Assembly: GCF_009914755.1 (NCBI RefSeq)
Contig: NC_060925.1
Origin: the human T2T-CHM13v2.0 reference genome, Homo sapiens
DNA: 64,000 nucleotides
Direction: 5' to 3' (one strand)
Positions 14,133 through 26,200 of this stretch are shown in pieces. The notes below the pieces were generated by a model. The model had not been told where the DNA came from, did not search any database, and saw only the letters and a program-made list of their open reading frames with translations. Made by a program: the position numbers and the translations under genes. Within the stretch, counting starts at the first letter, position 1, and every line of letters starts with the position of its first letter.

Positions 14133-15599
14133 ACCACACACACAAAAATACACACAGTAAAGCCTTTATAATACACCCATTTCCAGAATGAATCAGAAGT
14201 GTTATAACCCAACTATTTACTTTTTGATTTATCAGCTATGCCAGTGTGGATTTTTCCAAACAGAGAGACCCAGTAGCATATATGCAGTGCTTGTTTGTAT
14301 ATGGTCATATTAATCTATTCTTTTTCAGTCTACTTTTATCATTTTCTTGCATTTTGGCAGGAAATACATTGATTATCAATGGGATTACAAGCGTGAGCCA
14401 CCACGCCCGGCCAAATCTCTAAGTCTTAAGCATTTAAGCTTCACATATTCCCTGTACTGTCTTGTATTTCCTGTACTATCTTGGTTTAAAGATTTTTTCA
14501 TGACCTAAACCTAAGAGTAAATTAAGACAGAATTGAAAGTTGAGGTTGACAAGAAAATACTTGAGTTTTGTGATGATCAGAGAAGGTAAGGATGTAGAAA
14601 GATACATGTTAACCTTAAATATGTCAGAAAGTGGAGACAGGACAGGAGCATTAAAAAAAAATGAAGAGACAAAATACATGTTCTGGTGGTAGTAATTGTG
14701 GTGAGCAGAGTTTGATGGGTAATGGAATATTTATTCTAGGTTGGCTGCCACATTGTAATTATATCTCCAAACCTCGCCTGTGGTTGAAATATTTTTCTGA
14801 CATATGAAATGAGGATTCTCAAAACTTTGGCTTTTATATTTTTTGTTATCTACTTTAAAATATTTCTTCTGCATTGATGGACACTATACAGGAATTAAGA
14901 TAATAGTGTTTTTATGCCTAATCTATTATTTTTGAGACATTTAAACCATTTTATGTTATGTTTAAAAAGCTAAGGTTTTTAAAAAGGAAGACAAGCGGTA
15001 TTACCCATAGAATTCTGATGAATCAATTAGAATAATTTATGGAATGAAAAAGAAAGAAAATAGCTTCTTGTCTAAATATAGGCTTCCCTGTTTGAATTCT
15101 GAAATGCTTGCTAGTGATTATAAGTTGGTGCACATAACGAATTTTGGAAATCCAGGTAGGACATAAATAGGACGTAGGCAGGTTGACAAGTGATATCCTT
15201 ATCATTTGCCATTTTCAAGGACCAGTGTTGACTAAAGAAACAGTGCTTTGATTCCCAGAGTTACCCCTGACTTTTGCTGCCTAGAAATTCTGATTACTAT
15301 TTTCAAGGCAGTTAGAGGATACATTAGCCCTTCTATTACAGTCTGTTAGAATCTTTCAATCATTTTTAGAGGAAGCAGCATCTGATAACTAAGAGTCCAA
15401 CAGTAATAATGATGGTGGCACAGGTGGTGCTTATCAGAGTGCCTTAAAGGCTTTCTTTTTACATGTGAAAATAAATCAAATGCCTTGATGATACTCATTT
15501 TATGCATTCATTCAATAAACATGTATTGTATGTCTGCCACGTGAAAGGCATTCACTCAAGATGTGAGGATAGGAAAATGAAGATTGATTTCTCTTTCCA

Positions 15600-16320
15600 C
15601 TCCGGAACCCAGACCAATATGCAAACATCTTTCGCTTGTACTATTGCAGGAGCATACTGACCATTCTCTCTGAATCCCCTCCTGCTTCTCTCAACTGTGT
15701 TCCACGATGATCTTATCAAATCTTCTCAAAACACACTTCTCCGATTACACTCCTGCATATTCAGTGGCTTCCCATGCCTTTAGGGTAGAAAGCACGTTTC
15801 TTAACCTAGCCACATTAGTGTTTCACCGTCCATTCCCCATGGGCCACTCCGTCCTCGTGTCCCAGCCCAGACTCTCCTCCTCCCTATGCTTCTTCAGCTT
15901 CCTTGGACTTCTCTCTGCCTCTTGAATGTGTTAGATTCCTTTCTGCCCAGGGTTTTTGCACATGCTGTAATTATCGCCTGAGTAAAGGACCCTCACACAT
16001 AATTACTCATCTCCTCAATCCTTCACACTCATAACAAACTATCCATCCTTCAGACTTCAATCCAAATATTACTGTCTCAAGAAAGGCTTCCCTGACCTCC
16101 TTGATAATACTCCGTCCTGCTACTATTATAATAGTCTCTGGTGCCGTGTACTTTTCCTCCATGTCACTGATGGTATGCTTACCAGATTAATATCTCTCTT
16201 CTCTCGCATAAACTCTCAGCTCTGTGAGGTCTTCCTGTTGCACTCTCAGTGCCTGGCAGGAAGTCTGGCACACAGTAAATATTTTATGAATATATGATGA
16301 ATGAATGAATGAATGAGCCA
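15600..16320 (+). mobile_element. L2 3' fragment
   Basis: Diverged L2-like sequence (GAAAGGCTTCCCTGACC; CAGTGCCTGGCA) ending in a (TGAA)n tail; boundaries approximate. Confidence 0.65.
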
Positions 16321-17323
16321 CCCAGGTCCGGCCTTCAAGAAGCCTATAGTCTAATAGAGAAGGTAGATAAGTACGCAGACACTTACTATGAGACAAGTGC
16401 TAAGAACGTGGAAATTTTCTTACATTCACGAATGACACAGCTTTCCTTTGTTTATTTTGCTTAAGAGATTATTAAGAAAAATGTAGTACCTAATTATCCT
16501 ACAATTGGTGAGAATCATGTTTTTTTTTTTTTTCTCTTATTCCTTAAGAGGTCCATGAAAACACTTAGGCCACTTACAGTGAATAGAAAATAACACATAA
16601 TTAATGACCCTTAAAATAATAAGATCATGAAACTCAACCAACAATGATCCTTTCAGTTCCAGGAACTATTTGAAAAGGCAGGCATGAAATATTTGTCACT
16701 TATAGGCCTTTTCTACTTTCCAGTTTTCTGGTGCCTTTTTAACATCCTAGTGAGACATTGAATGACCTGGACACTCCTCAGAGTTAGTGGAGAATTTGTG
16801 AATTAATCACATAGGTACATCTAGGAATACCTGATGTTATTACAAAAAGCCAGCATTTTGTAATACAATGAGCATAATACTGACCTAGAACCCAATGTAT
16901 AACATCATTAATACAACTCCAATATTAGCTACAGGAGTATTAAACAAGATAAATATTATTATGTGTTTAACATGAAACAGTAGCTGTTGTTAAAATATTC
17001 AGTTTTTTTCTAGGTGAGTATGCCTGACTTATACCAGTAGATAAATCTTAATGTTACGTTTGGAAGAGTTTTAAAAGTAGATACTAAATAAAGTAATACA
17101 ATGGAGCCTATCAACTCTTATTTCTACCTAATCAATAAATTAGTGGATTAAGTTTATGTTGATACTTCTAATATCTCTCCCAAAAAACACTGACGTCTTT
17201 AAATGATGATTTCTGTCTTATCTCAGAAGTTATTATATTAGAAAATTAATATGTTTGTGTTATCTCTAACAAGGCTCAGATTGTGCTTGTGTTTGGTAGG
17301 ACACATATAATAAAAGAAAAATT

Positions 17324-17631
<308 letters not shown>

Positions 17632-19699
17632 TTAAAGTACTCAGAATCACTGCAGATAGAAGCATATTTGAGGATTCAGTGTGCCATTAAGTTGAGAATG
17701 TAATGGTTCAATCATGCGCAATCTGTAACTATTTTCTTATCCTTGTTATTCGTAGCTGGAGGATCATTGAGATCTTTCTCTAATTTAAAAATTCTGTAGT
17801 ACTATGACAATATGCATGGCAAAAACAACTATTTCCTGGATTTAACTTATTATATATACTGTAAAAAATCCTATTTTTTTAGAGAAGTTCAGAAATATTG
17901 GAATTAGATGCCTATAATGAAAGTAATAAAGTATACATAGCATTAGATCAACATAGTATTAGAGCGATACAGATAATTCTTTCAGTTGAACATAGCATTA
18001 TAGGAGAATTTCCTGGCTTTGAAAAATGAATAGAATATGTAGTTATTCAAAATGTGTCCTCGGTTTGACTGAAACTCCTCACCAAATTAGGGAACCAATA
18101 ATTTTACTCTGTTCAATATCACAGACTTTAGAAATAACAAAGTCATTGACACTCTGCAATTTCTCTCTATTCCCTCATAATTGTGAGAGAAATTTATAAG
18201 TTCTGGCACAGTGGTATTTCACATTGTTAATAGAATTCTGCCAAGATTAATCATTTCTTCAGAGAAAAGAATACAATATTAGAAAAGTAGAGAAAAATAA
18301 AAAGTACAATGACTGCTATCACTGTTTCCAGAAGAGAGAGAAGTCAACATTCTGTGAATTCTCAGCATATCAGATTATAAAACAGAACTGGCATATGATA
18401 TGTCAAATTTAACATTGAGAATTCCTGAGTTATAGAAACTTTATTTAAAAAAACAATTTGGGATTAATATGCAAAAATTATTTATAGTTATATTATGTAA
18501 TTTGTTGTTTTTATTATTTAGAGAGTCATATATGAGAGTTGTTATAATTTGTTTAAAACCCAATGTTGTCCCTATTGTTATTAGACCCAGGTGTAAGTTA
18601 TTATTTTAATTATGTACTTTTTATGTTTACGTACACCTTGATGCACTGATATAAATACACAATCTTAAGGACAAATAGGCAATCTATCATTGTTTCCCTG
18701 AGTGCTCAGAGGTGATGAGAGGTGTGTATCTGAGGACAAGGGAAATAGCTGGGTCCTTGAAATACTGTGAGTTGAAAAGTATCAATCTTTTGGTTTTTTC
18801 ACCACCCAGAGCAATGAAGCAATTATGTAAACTTAAGTACATAAAAATCCAGTTGCCACCTGAAAGTTTTATCATCTTACAAAACTCTGCTGGCCCTTCC
18901 TGTTCTTCCTGATAACGTGATTGACATTTCTGATTATGGTAATCTGGATAGCTTTAAGAAGGACAATATTTAAGTCATTATTTTATTGAAAAGCCTTACC
19001 ACATGCTTTACCTCTTCAAGACTCACATTATTTTAGGCTTCTTACACATGCTAATGGGATTGACACTTTTGCCTGGTCTACAAATTAAAATATTGAAGAC
19101 TCTACTTTTTCTGCCTTCTTAGAGTCCCTTTCCCATTTTTTACATAGAGGTGTTTCTATTTAAAGTTGTGCTGTGTCTAAAAGGGGTCTACCAAGATGTA
19201 AAAATGTGTGGAGTTCAGTTTATTCCTTTAGCAATCACAGAAATTTCATATTCCCAATACACAGTTTCAGTCAACCCACAGAATTTGTCTGGCTCCTGGT
19301 GCTGTTTCCTACTCTTCTTACATCCCAGAGACAGTCCACAAATATTTTAAGGGCCTGCTGTATGTCAGACACTATTCTAGGTGCAGGGAACAAAGCAAAC
19401 AAAAATCCCAGCCTGCCAGGCTTATATTAATAGAAGTTTAAAGTATCCCTGGCCACCCCTCATGGAAAAGGGCACAGGAAAACTCAGTACCAAGTACAAA
19501 CACTGATAATCTATAATAAGAGCAGATTGGAAGGGAAAGGGACAGACAACTGAGTGTTTAGGAAAAATGAAGGACCTGCCTCTCTGATTTGGGGCTGATT
19601 AATAGTGGCATAGGACTCATATACATTGCACTGGATCTCTTCCTCCTCATGGGCCTTCTCTTTCCCATTGTCTATACTGCATCTTTCTTATCTTCTCTG

Positions 19700-21050
19700 C
19701 CTCCAAACACTGGAGGCCCTAGGCCTTTTTTCTTCTTACTTATATTCATGCTGGCTAGTTTCATTTAGACCCACGATGTTTAGAATTAAATGTATGTTTA
19801 CAATGTCCAAGTGTATAGCTCTGGCTTAGATCTCTTCCCTGCACTGCAGACTTTTTTTTTTTTTTTCAATCAATTGCCTATTCTACATCTTTACCCGAAT
19901 TACTAATAGGCCCATCACACTTAATACGTGCAAAGCAAGGGTCAGGACCCCATCCCCCACCCCCGCCGCATCCCCTTCCTCCCACAGTCTGCTTCTTCTC
20001 GTTCTCTTTCTACACCATTCAGTGGTGCCGCCTTTCACCTAATTACTCAGGCAGAAAACCTTAGAGTTATCCTTGACTGCTTTCCCGCTCACCTCACATT
20101 CAATCCATAAGTAAATCCTTCAAATATATATTCTCAAGTTCTTCACCACTGATATCCTAATCTGAATTCACCATCATCAGTGAACTGATTCCGTTCCTGC
20201 AGTAGGTCCCTAATTATCTTCCACTTTTGCTCTTCCAGAATTTCCCACGTAGGGAATTAATTCTTTGAAAATATAAATCGTATCATATCCCATCCTGCTC
20301 AAAACCTAAGAATGTCTTCCTACCGCACTGAAAATCCAAGGGCTTGCTCTAACCAAGCTCTAGAACCTGACCTCTCCCAACCTCTCCAGCTCATACTCTG
20401 CTTCTTTCCTCTTGCTCTGACTCCCTTAGCCACTTGACCCTCTTTGCTTGGAACACCAGGTTCATTTTTTGCCTCAGAGCCTTTGCATGGGCTCTTCCCT
20501 GTACCTGGATCTCCTCAGATACATGCATGGTTTATTTCTTCATGTCATTCCAACCTCTGCTCAAATGCCGCCTCCAGGAAGGACTCATGAGCACTATCCC
20601 TGTTATTCTACCCAGTTTCTGTAGGTGTGTGTGTGTGTGTATATATATATAGTATATATATATAATATATATTTATATAATATATAATTGCATATTATAT
20701 ATTATGTTATATATTATATAATTATATCATATATAATTATATAATATATATTTATGTAAATATATATTATATGATATATAATATATTTATAGAAATATAT
20801 ATTATATAATATAATTATATATAATCTTTTTGTATATAACAAATATTTTTTATATATATTTAACTGTGGCCTGCTATTATGTTATATGCTGATATTTTGC
20901 TAAATGATTTTTTTTTTTTTTGCTTACTGATTCGTTATCTATATCCCCCTTTAAAATGCAAGTACCATAAGGACTATTTTGTTCATTACTGGAAATTTGA
21001 GAGTGCCTGGTTTTAATCTTTCTTTGTTAAGTGAATTAATCATCAAATGA
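19700..21050 (+). mobile_element. Fragmented L2, interrupted by an AT-rich low-complexity tract
   Basis: L2-like phrases (CAGGCAGAAAACCTTAGAGTTATCCTTGAC; GCCTCAGAGCCTTTGCA); boundaries approximate. Confidence 0.55.
20625..20860. repeat. (TG)n followed by ~220 bp of almost pure A/T (TA-rich) low-complexity sequence
   Basis: Seen directly. Confidence 0.9.
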
Positions 21051-21412
21051 ATACTTCTAAGAGTTCCAGGAGAAGCCCCAGAGCTGGCATCTGCCAATGG
21101 ACAGGAAAATAAAAAATCCTACCATTCTGCTCATTTTGTCTTCATTATTACCAGGAATTCTGAGACTTGAAGCACAAGATGAGGGAATATTTTCATGAAT
21201 AACTCAGAATCTCAGTAATAAATACCTTATTTTTTCTTATTTGTATCATATCACTAAACTGGCTTGCCCATGTTCTAATACAATTATTAATTTCAGTGTG
21301 TACTTAGGTCATTCATTTTAGGTTACTTTTTGTATAAAGAATATAACATATACCAGTATTACAAAAACTTACATTCAGATAATAGTTGTCAATCTCAGGA
21401 CCCAGGAGATGA

Positions 21413-21414
<2 letters not shown>

Positions 21415-21452
<38 letters not shown>
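21415..21452. repeat. (GT)19 microsatellite
   Basis: Seen directly. Confidence 0.95.
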
Positions 21453-21455
<3 letters not shown>

Positions 21456-22263
21456 GAGGAACTGATCATGTCAAACTATATTGTAAGTGGTCAAATTATT
21501 TTGTTACCTTGAATTCATCATTTTATTTGCTTTCTGTATCCCCATTACGAAGAAAAATATATGTAATGCTTTTATCACTCATATTTCTGTACTTCCTTGT
21601 AAAATATGCCAATCAAAATGAGTGAATTTTATATTACTTTCAAGAGGAGTTACTACCATCTGAAAATCTCAGAGGAGTATTATTTAACTTCTTTAGTGTC
21701 TGATTTTTTTTTTACATGACGGTTTGGTGCTTTTTGGTTTTTGCCAAAGACCAATAACATTCAAGGAAATTAATTTACCTTCATGCAATGGAATTCAGGC
21801 AAATTAATTCATCTTAATGCAGTGGGATGAAATAAGAAAGCAGAATTTTTGGTGCAATTAGAATGGAATGAAAATTTTTAAACTTTAAGCCCACCTTATT
21901 TCATAAAGGATATGAGCTGACTTTAAAAGTTTGTAAACAATAAGATTTAAAAATACAGTGAGATGGGAGGGAGAGGGGATTATTGAAAACCTCGGTTAAA
22001 ACTCTTAGTCTGGTGCAGTGCTTTTGAATGCTTCTTGGGCATGTCAGCTATTTGATGAGACATGCTTTATTGCTTTTCTACTTACATTTGCATAACCACT
22101 TTTAAGCAGAAAAACTGCATGATTTCAAACTTGATTATTAAAAAACCTTTTAAAATATTACTCTTGTGTCATTGACTAATTTTTCTAGCACAAATATTGG
22201 TAGAAAAGAAGAACATTGAGAAATTCTCAGGGCAATTTATACAGCATTTTGTTTCCTCTTTAG

Positions 22264-22324
22264 GCAATGATGCAACATCAATTGTCAACTGTCTTCATAT
22301 TTTGGGTCAGACTTTGGATGCAAG
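22264..22324 (+). CDS. RYR2: RYR2 exon (~64), 61 nt: (G)NDATSIVNCLHILGQTLDA(R)
   Basis: tttAG acceptor, AAG|GTAAAT donor, in frame. Confidence 0.96.
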
Positions 22325-23527
22325 GTAAATGGATACATTTTTACCTAAATAAATTACTATAATAATGATACATGTATATATATAAGAATATTAAGAAGGA
22401 CCCAGTGTCTGGATTTTATTCTTTGGATTTGTAACAAAGTCTTTAGTGTAGGTGAAGAGAAAAACTTTTTAAAATTAATACAGTGGCAGCTTATGTCTAT
22501 GATCATATATAGATTATTATTTAATGTCAGGTAATTTCTGTAGCAGCTAGGACCATAAAGGAGGGTTGAACTGGTAATGTATCACACAGGAAAAATGGTA
22601 ATCTGACAACTCTAGAGATCTTGTTAGCTTCCAGGCGTGATATTTGTGCTTAACATTCATAATAACATTTGGCTTTTTAGGAAACAGAGTTTTATTCTCA
22701 TTTTACAGATGAATAAAGTGATGTTTAAGATTGCATACTAAGTGTGTAGGTAGACGAATTCCCATCTGTGTGCTTTCTACTCTGCCCTGTCAACTTGACC
22801 AGAAATCTAGCATGTTGACCAAATACAAAATCAGTTCATTTAGCATGATTGATTCAGCCATACATTTAGTTTATATCTAGGATAAATCTAAATAAAAGTT
22901 TATAAATGTCTCCTAAAGAGAATATTCCACAATACTCTTTGATTATCCATTCTTGCGTTTAAGATTTCATTTAAGGTCTTTTGTATGATAAATGCAGAAA
23001 GGAGACACCATTACAGACCTTCACTTCCTACTACAAATAGTGGCATTAAGGTATGAAGTTCAGCCTTCGGCGGCTTCATTAGAAAAGACTTGATTGCTAC
23101 ACCTTAAAACACAAACATTCTGTATCATTTGTTGAGTTGGTTTAGCTGGCATGAAATTTTTTTTGCTACTCATTGCCTCAGGAAACATTCTAGTTTTGTT
23201 GGATTTCGTATTAACTATACTCACTCAGAAGCTGTGTTTTGTTAGTTAAATTGGAGACCGTTAGTGATAAGCATACAGCATTAGCACAGACTTTTGCAGC
23301 AAGGTTTTAATAAGTTGACTATGAAGGCATTTGGAAAAGATAATTTACAGAGCAGTATTGCTGTAACTTCAAGTATATTGAAAAAATTTGTTTTAGAGTT
23401 GATTTTAAAAGTTGGTTACCAGGTGAGTAGAGTAATGAAGAAATAAACATCATAAGAGAACCACAATTCATTTATATTTCATTTGTTCCTGTTGGAAGAT
23501 ACGAGTCCTCCCTTATTTACTTTCTAG

Positions 23528-23766
23528 GACAGTGATGAAGACTGGCCTGGAGAGTGTTAAAAGTGCACTCAGAGCTTTTCTGGACAACGCTGCAGAGGAT
23601 CTGGAGAAGACCATGGAAAACCTCAAGCAGGGCCAGTTCACTCACACCCGAAACCAGCCCAAAGGGGTTACTCAGATTATCAATTACACCACAGTGGCCC
23701 TGCTGCCAATGCTGTCGTCATTATTTGAACATATTGGCCAGCATCAGTTCGGAGAAGACCTAATAT
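23528..23766 (+). CDS. RYR2: RYR2 exon (~65), 239 nt: TVMKTGLESVKSALRAF...HQFGEDLI
   Basis: Overlaps ORF 23532..23774; ttctAG acceptor, TAT|GTATGT donor. Confidence 0.97.
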
Positions 23767-24547
23767 GTATGTAAATTTATATCTTGGAGTTTTTTTTTTT
23801 TTAATCGAAATACCCTGTAGTACAATCAAAAACAGTAATAGCCACATCTGGGTTACTAAAACACTGTTTACATGTTAAAATGCCTTTTTTATTGCAAAAC
23901 GTTATAGGTTGACATTTGTGTGATAGACACCATTCTTACAGAAATAGATCTCTGAATTACATGGACCCACAGAGAGGACCAGTAAGGTACTGGTTATAGA
24001 AAATGACTTCCACATTGTTGAAGTTTCCAAATGATCACTATTTCTACATTGCCTCTTTTCACATAAACGTTTTAATGCAGTTGAACCATATAACATGCAA
24101 CAGTAAATGTTTTCAAATTATTTCTGAGTCAATGTAGATTGTTTCTCCAAGCTTGACAATGTAATAATGTGAAGACGACTGAGACAAAGTCTGTGTCTAA
24201 ATAATTGGCCTTTTAGAGTGGCTCAAATATCCTCTGTTTAGAGGTTTCTGACAGTTTTTAGGGAAGCTTTAATCTTCTGTTTTGGGCTGGCATTCAGTAG
24301 TTAATAAAACTATACACAGAATGCCCAAGATTACGTGGAAAAAATACGCATGAGCTGTTTGAACTCCCCACTGCCCTGCTCAGGACATGAGCCTTTGTTG
24401 AGCAGAATCACCAACTCAGACTCGTGCATTGTCCATTCCTCAGGTGATGGGCACCTCTGTGCAAAAACTGCTGAGTTACTCAGTGGGTGCCACAACTACC
24501 AGTGGCAGAACGTTTATTTTAAATTTTGTTTTAAGAAAGCATGCTTA

Positions 24548-24838
24548 GTCCGGGTGCAGTGGCGCATGCCTGTAATCCCAGTACTTTGGGAGGCTGAGGT
24601 GGGTGGTTCAGCTGAAGTCAGGAGTTCGAGACCAGCCTGGCCAGTATGGTGAAACCCCGTCTCTACTAAAAATACAAAAATTAGCTGGGCATGATGGTGC
24701 ACACCTGTAATCCCAGCTACTCGGGAGGCTGAGACAAGATAATCACTTGAACCTATGTGGTGGAGGTTGCAGTGAGCCAGTATTGCCACTGCACTCCAGC
24801 CTGGGTGACAGAGCAAGACTCTATCTCAAAAAAAAAAA
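24548..24838 (+). mobile_element. AluS
   Basis: Full dimer with A tail. Confidence 0.92.
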
Positions 24839-24854
24839 GCAGATGTGCCTTTTG

Positions 24855-25180
24855 TTTAGTTATTTTTATTTGTATAAATTTACGGGTTTCAAGTACAGTT
24901 GTCTGGGCTTTTAGGGCATCCATCACCCAAATAATGAACATTGTGCCCATTAAGTAATTTCTCGTCATCCACCCCCTCCTGCCCCCTCACCCTTCTGAGT
25001 CTTGTCTATTATTCTCCTCTCTATGTCCATGTGTACACATGGTTTAGTACCCACTTATAAGTGAGGACATGTGATATTTGACTTTATGTGCCTGGCTTGT
25101 TTCACTGAAGATAACAACCCCCAGTTCCATCCATGTTGCTGCAAAAGACATGATTTCATTCTTTTTATGGATGAATAGTA
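24855..25180 (-). mobile_element. L1PB-like 3' end fragment
   Basis: CCCACTTATAAGTGAG and CAGTTCCATCCATGTTGCTGCAAAAGACATGATTTCATTCTTTTTATGG match the antisense L1 3' region. Confidence 0.85.
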
Positions 25181-25276
25181 TATAGCCTAAACTGAATAGT
25201 ATATAGCTTAAGCTTTCTCAGGACAATGTATAAATAAGTGGGTTTTTCTTTCAAGTGAGATTCTCTTTTTCCTTAG

Positions 25277-25358
25277 TGGAAGATGTCCAGGTGTCTTGTT
25301 ATAGAATTCTGACTAGCTTATATGCTTTGGGAACCAGCAAGAGTATTTACGTGGAGAG
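25277..25358 (+). CDS. RYR2: RYR2 exon (~66), 82 nt: (L)[26 protein letters not shown](R)
   Basis: cttAG acceptor, GAG|GTAAGA donor, in frame. Confidence 0.96.
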
Positions 25359-25934
25359 GTAAGAATGTTTAAAGTTTAACTTTGTATTAATTGCTGCTTC
25401 AAGTTTTATAACTATTTATTTCAAGAATCTTCATTTCATAACCTGTTTCCTAGTTATAAACTAAACCGGATTGACCTTTGAAATTCCTTGGAAGTAATTA
25501 GACAATCTTTAAACAAAATAAGAATTGATATAATAAAGGACAATGGAGTTATGCAAAGAAAGTAAAGCACTAATGGTAAAGACTACACTTAATATGAAGT
25601 TTCAGCTGAGTGTTTGAGTCTTATGAAAGCACCTGCTAGTATCGTTTCTCATTATATATCAGAAATTCAAAGTAAACATGAATATGAGCAGTTATTAAAC
25701 CTAGTTTTATTTTCTCATGTTCTCAAGTTTCAGGATGGAGTGGTTTGCAGTGTTAAATGATGTGAATAGGTAACATAAGAAAAGGTATCCCCAGTAAATT
25801 TAAAATAAAGAGATCACTGGCAACTTTAGTAAGAAATTTCTGTGAACCAGAGAAGAAAAACAGGGAAGTTTTTTTAAAAGGTCAGAATAAATAAAAACAT
25901 ATTCTGATAGAAGATTTAATTATGAATAGATATA

Positions 25935-26200
25935 AGTTCTCCCAAAATTAACCTGTAATTACAGTACAATTTCAGTACAGCAAATTACAGAAATTTGCTT
26001 TTTCCAACTTCACAAAATCATTCAAAAGTTTATTTCAAAGAATAAACCCATGAGACTAGCCAACGGAATTTGCAGGGGAATAAAAGAGTAATGAACAGGT
26101 ACTCATTTGGCCTACCAAATATTAAAACCTATAAAGCTACAGTAGTTAAAATAGGATGACAGTTGTACATAAAAATAGCAAATTAGATCAATGGAAAAAC
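25935..26200 (+). mobile_element. Old L1M ORF2 fragment
   Basis: CCTACCAAATATTAAAACCTATAAAGCTACAGTAGTTAAAA...AGATCAATGGAA resembles L1 ORF2. Confidence 0.6.
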
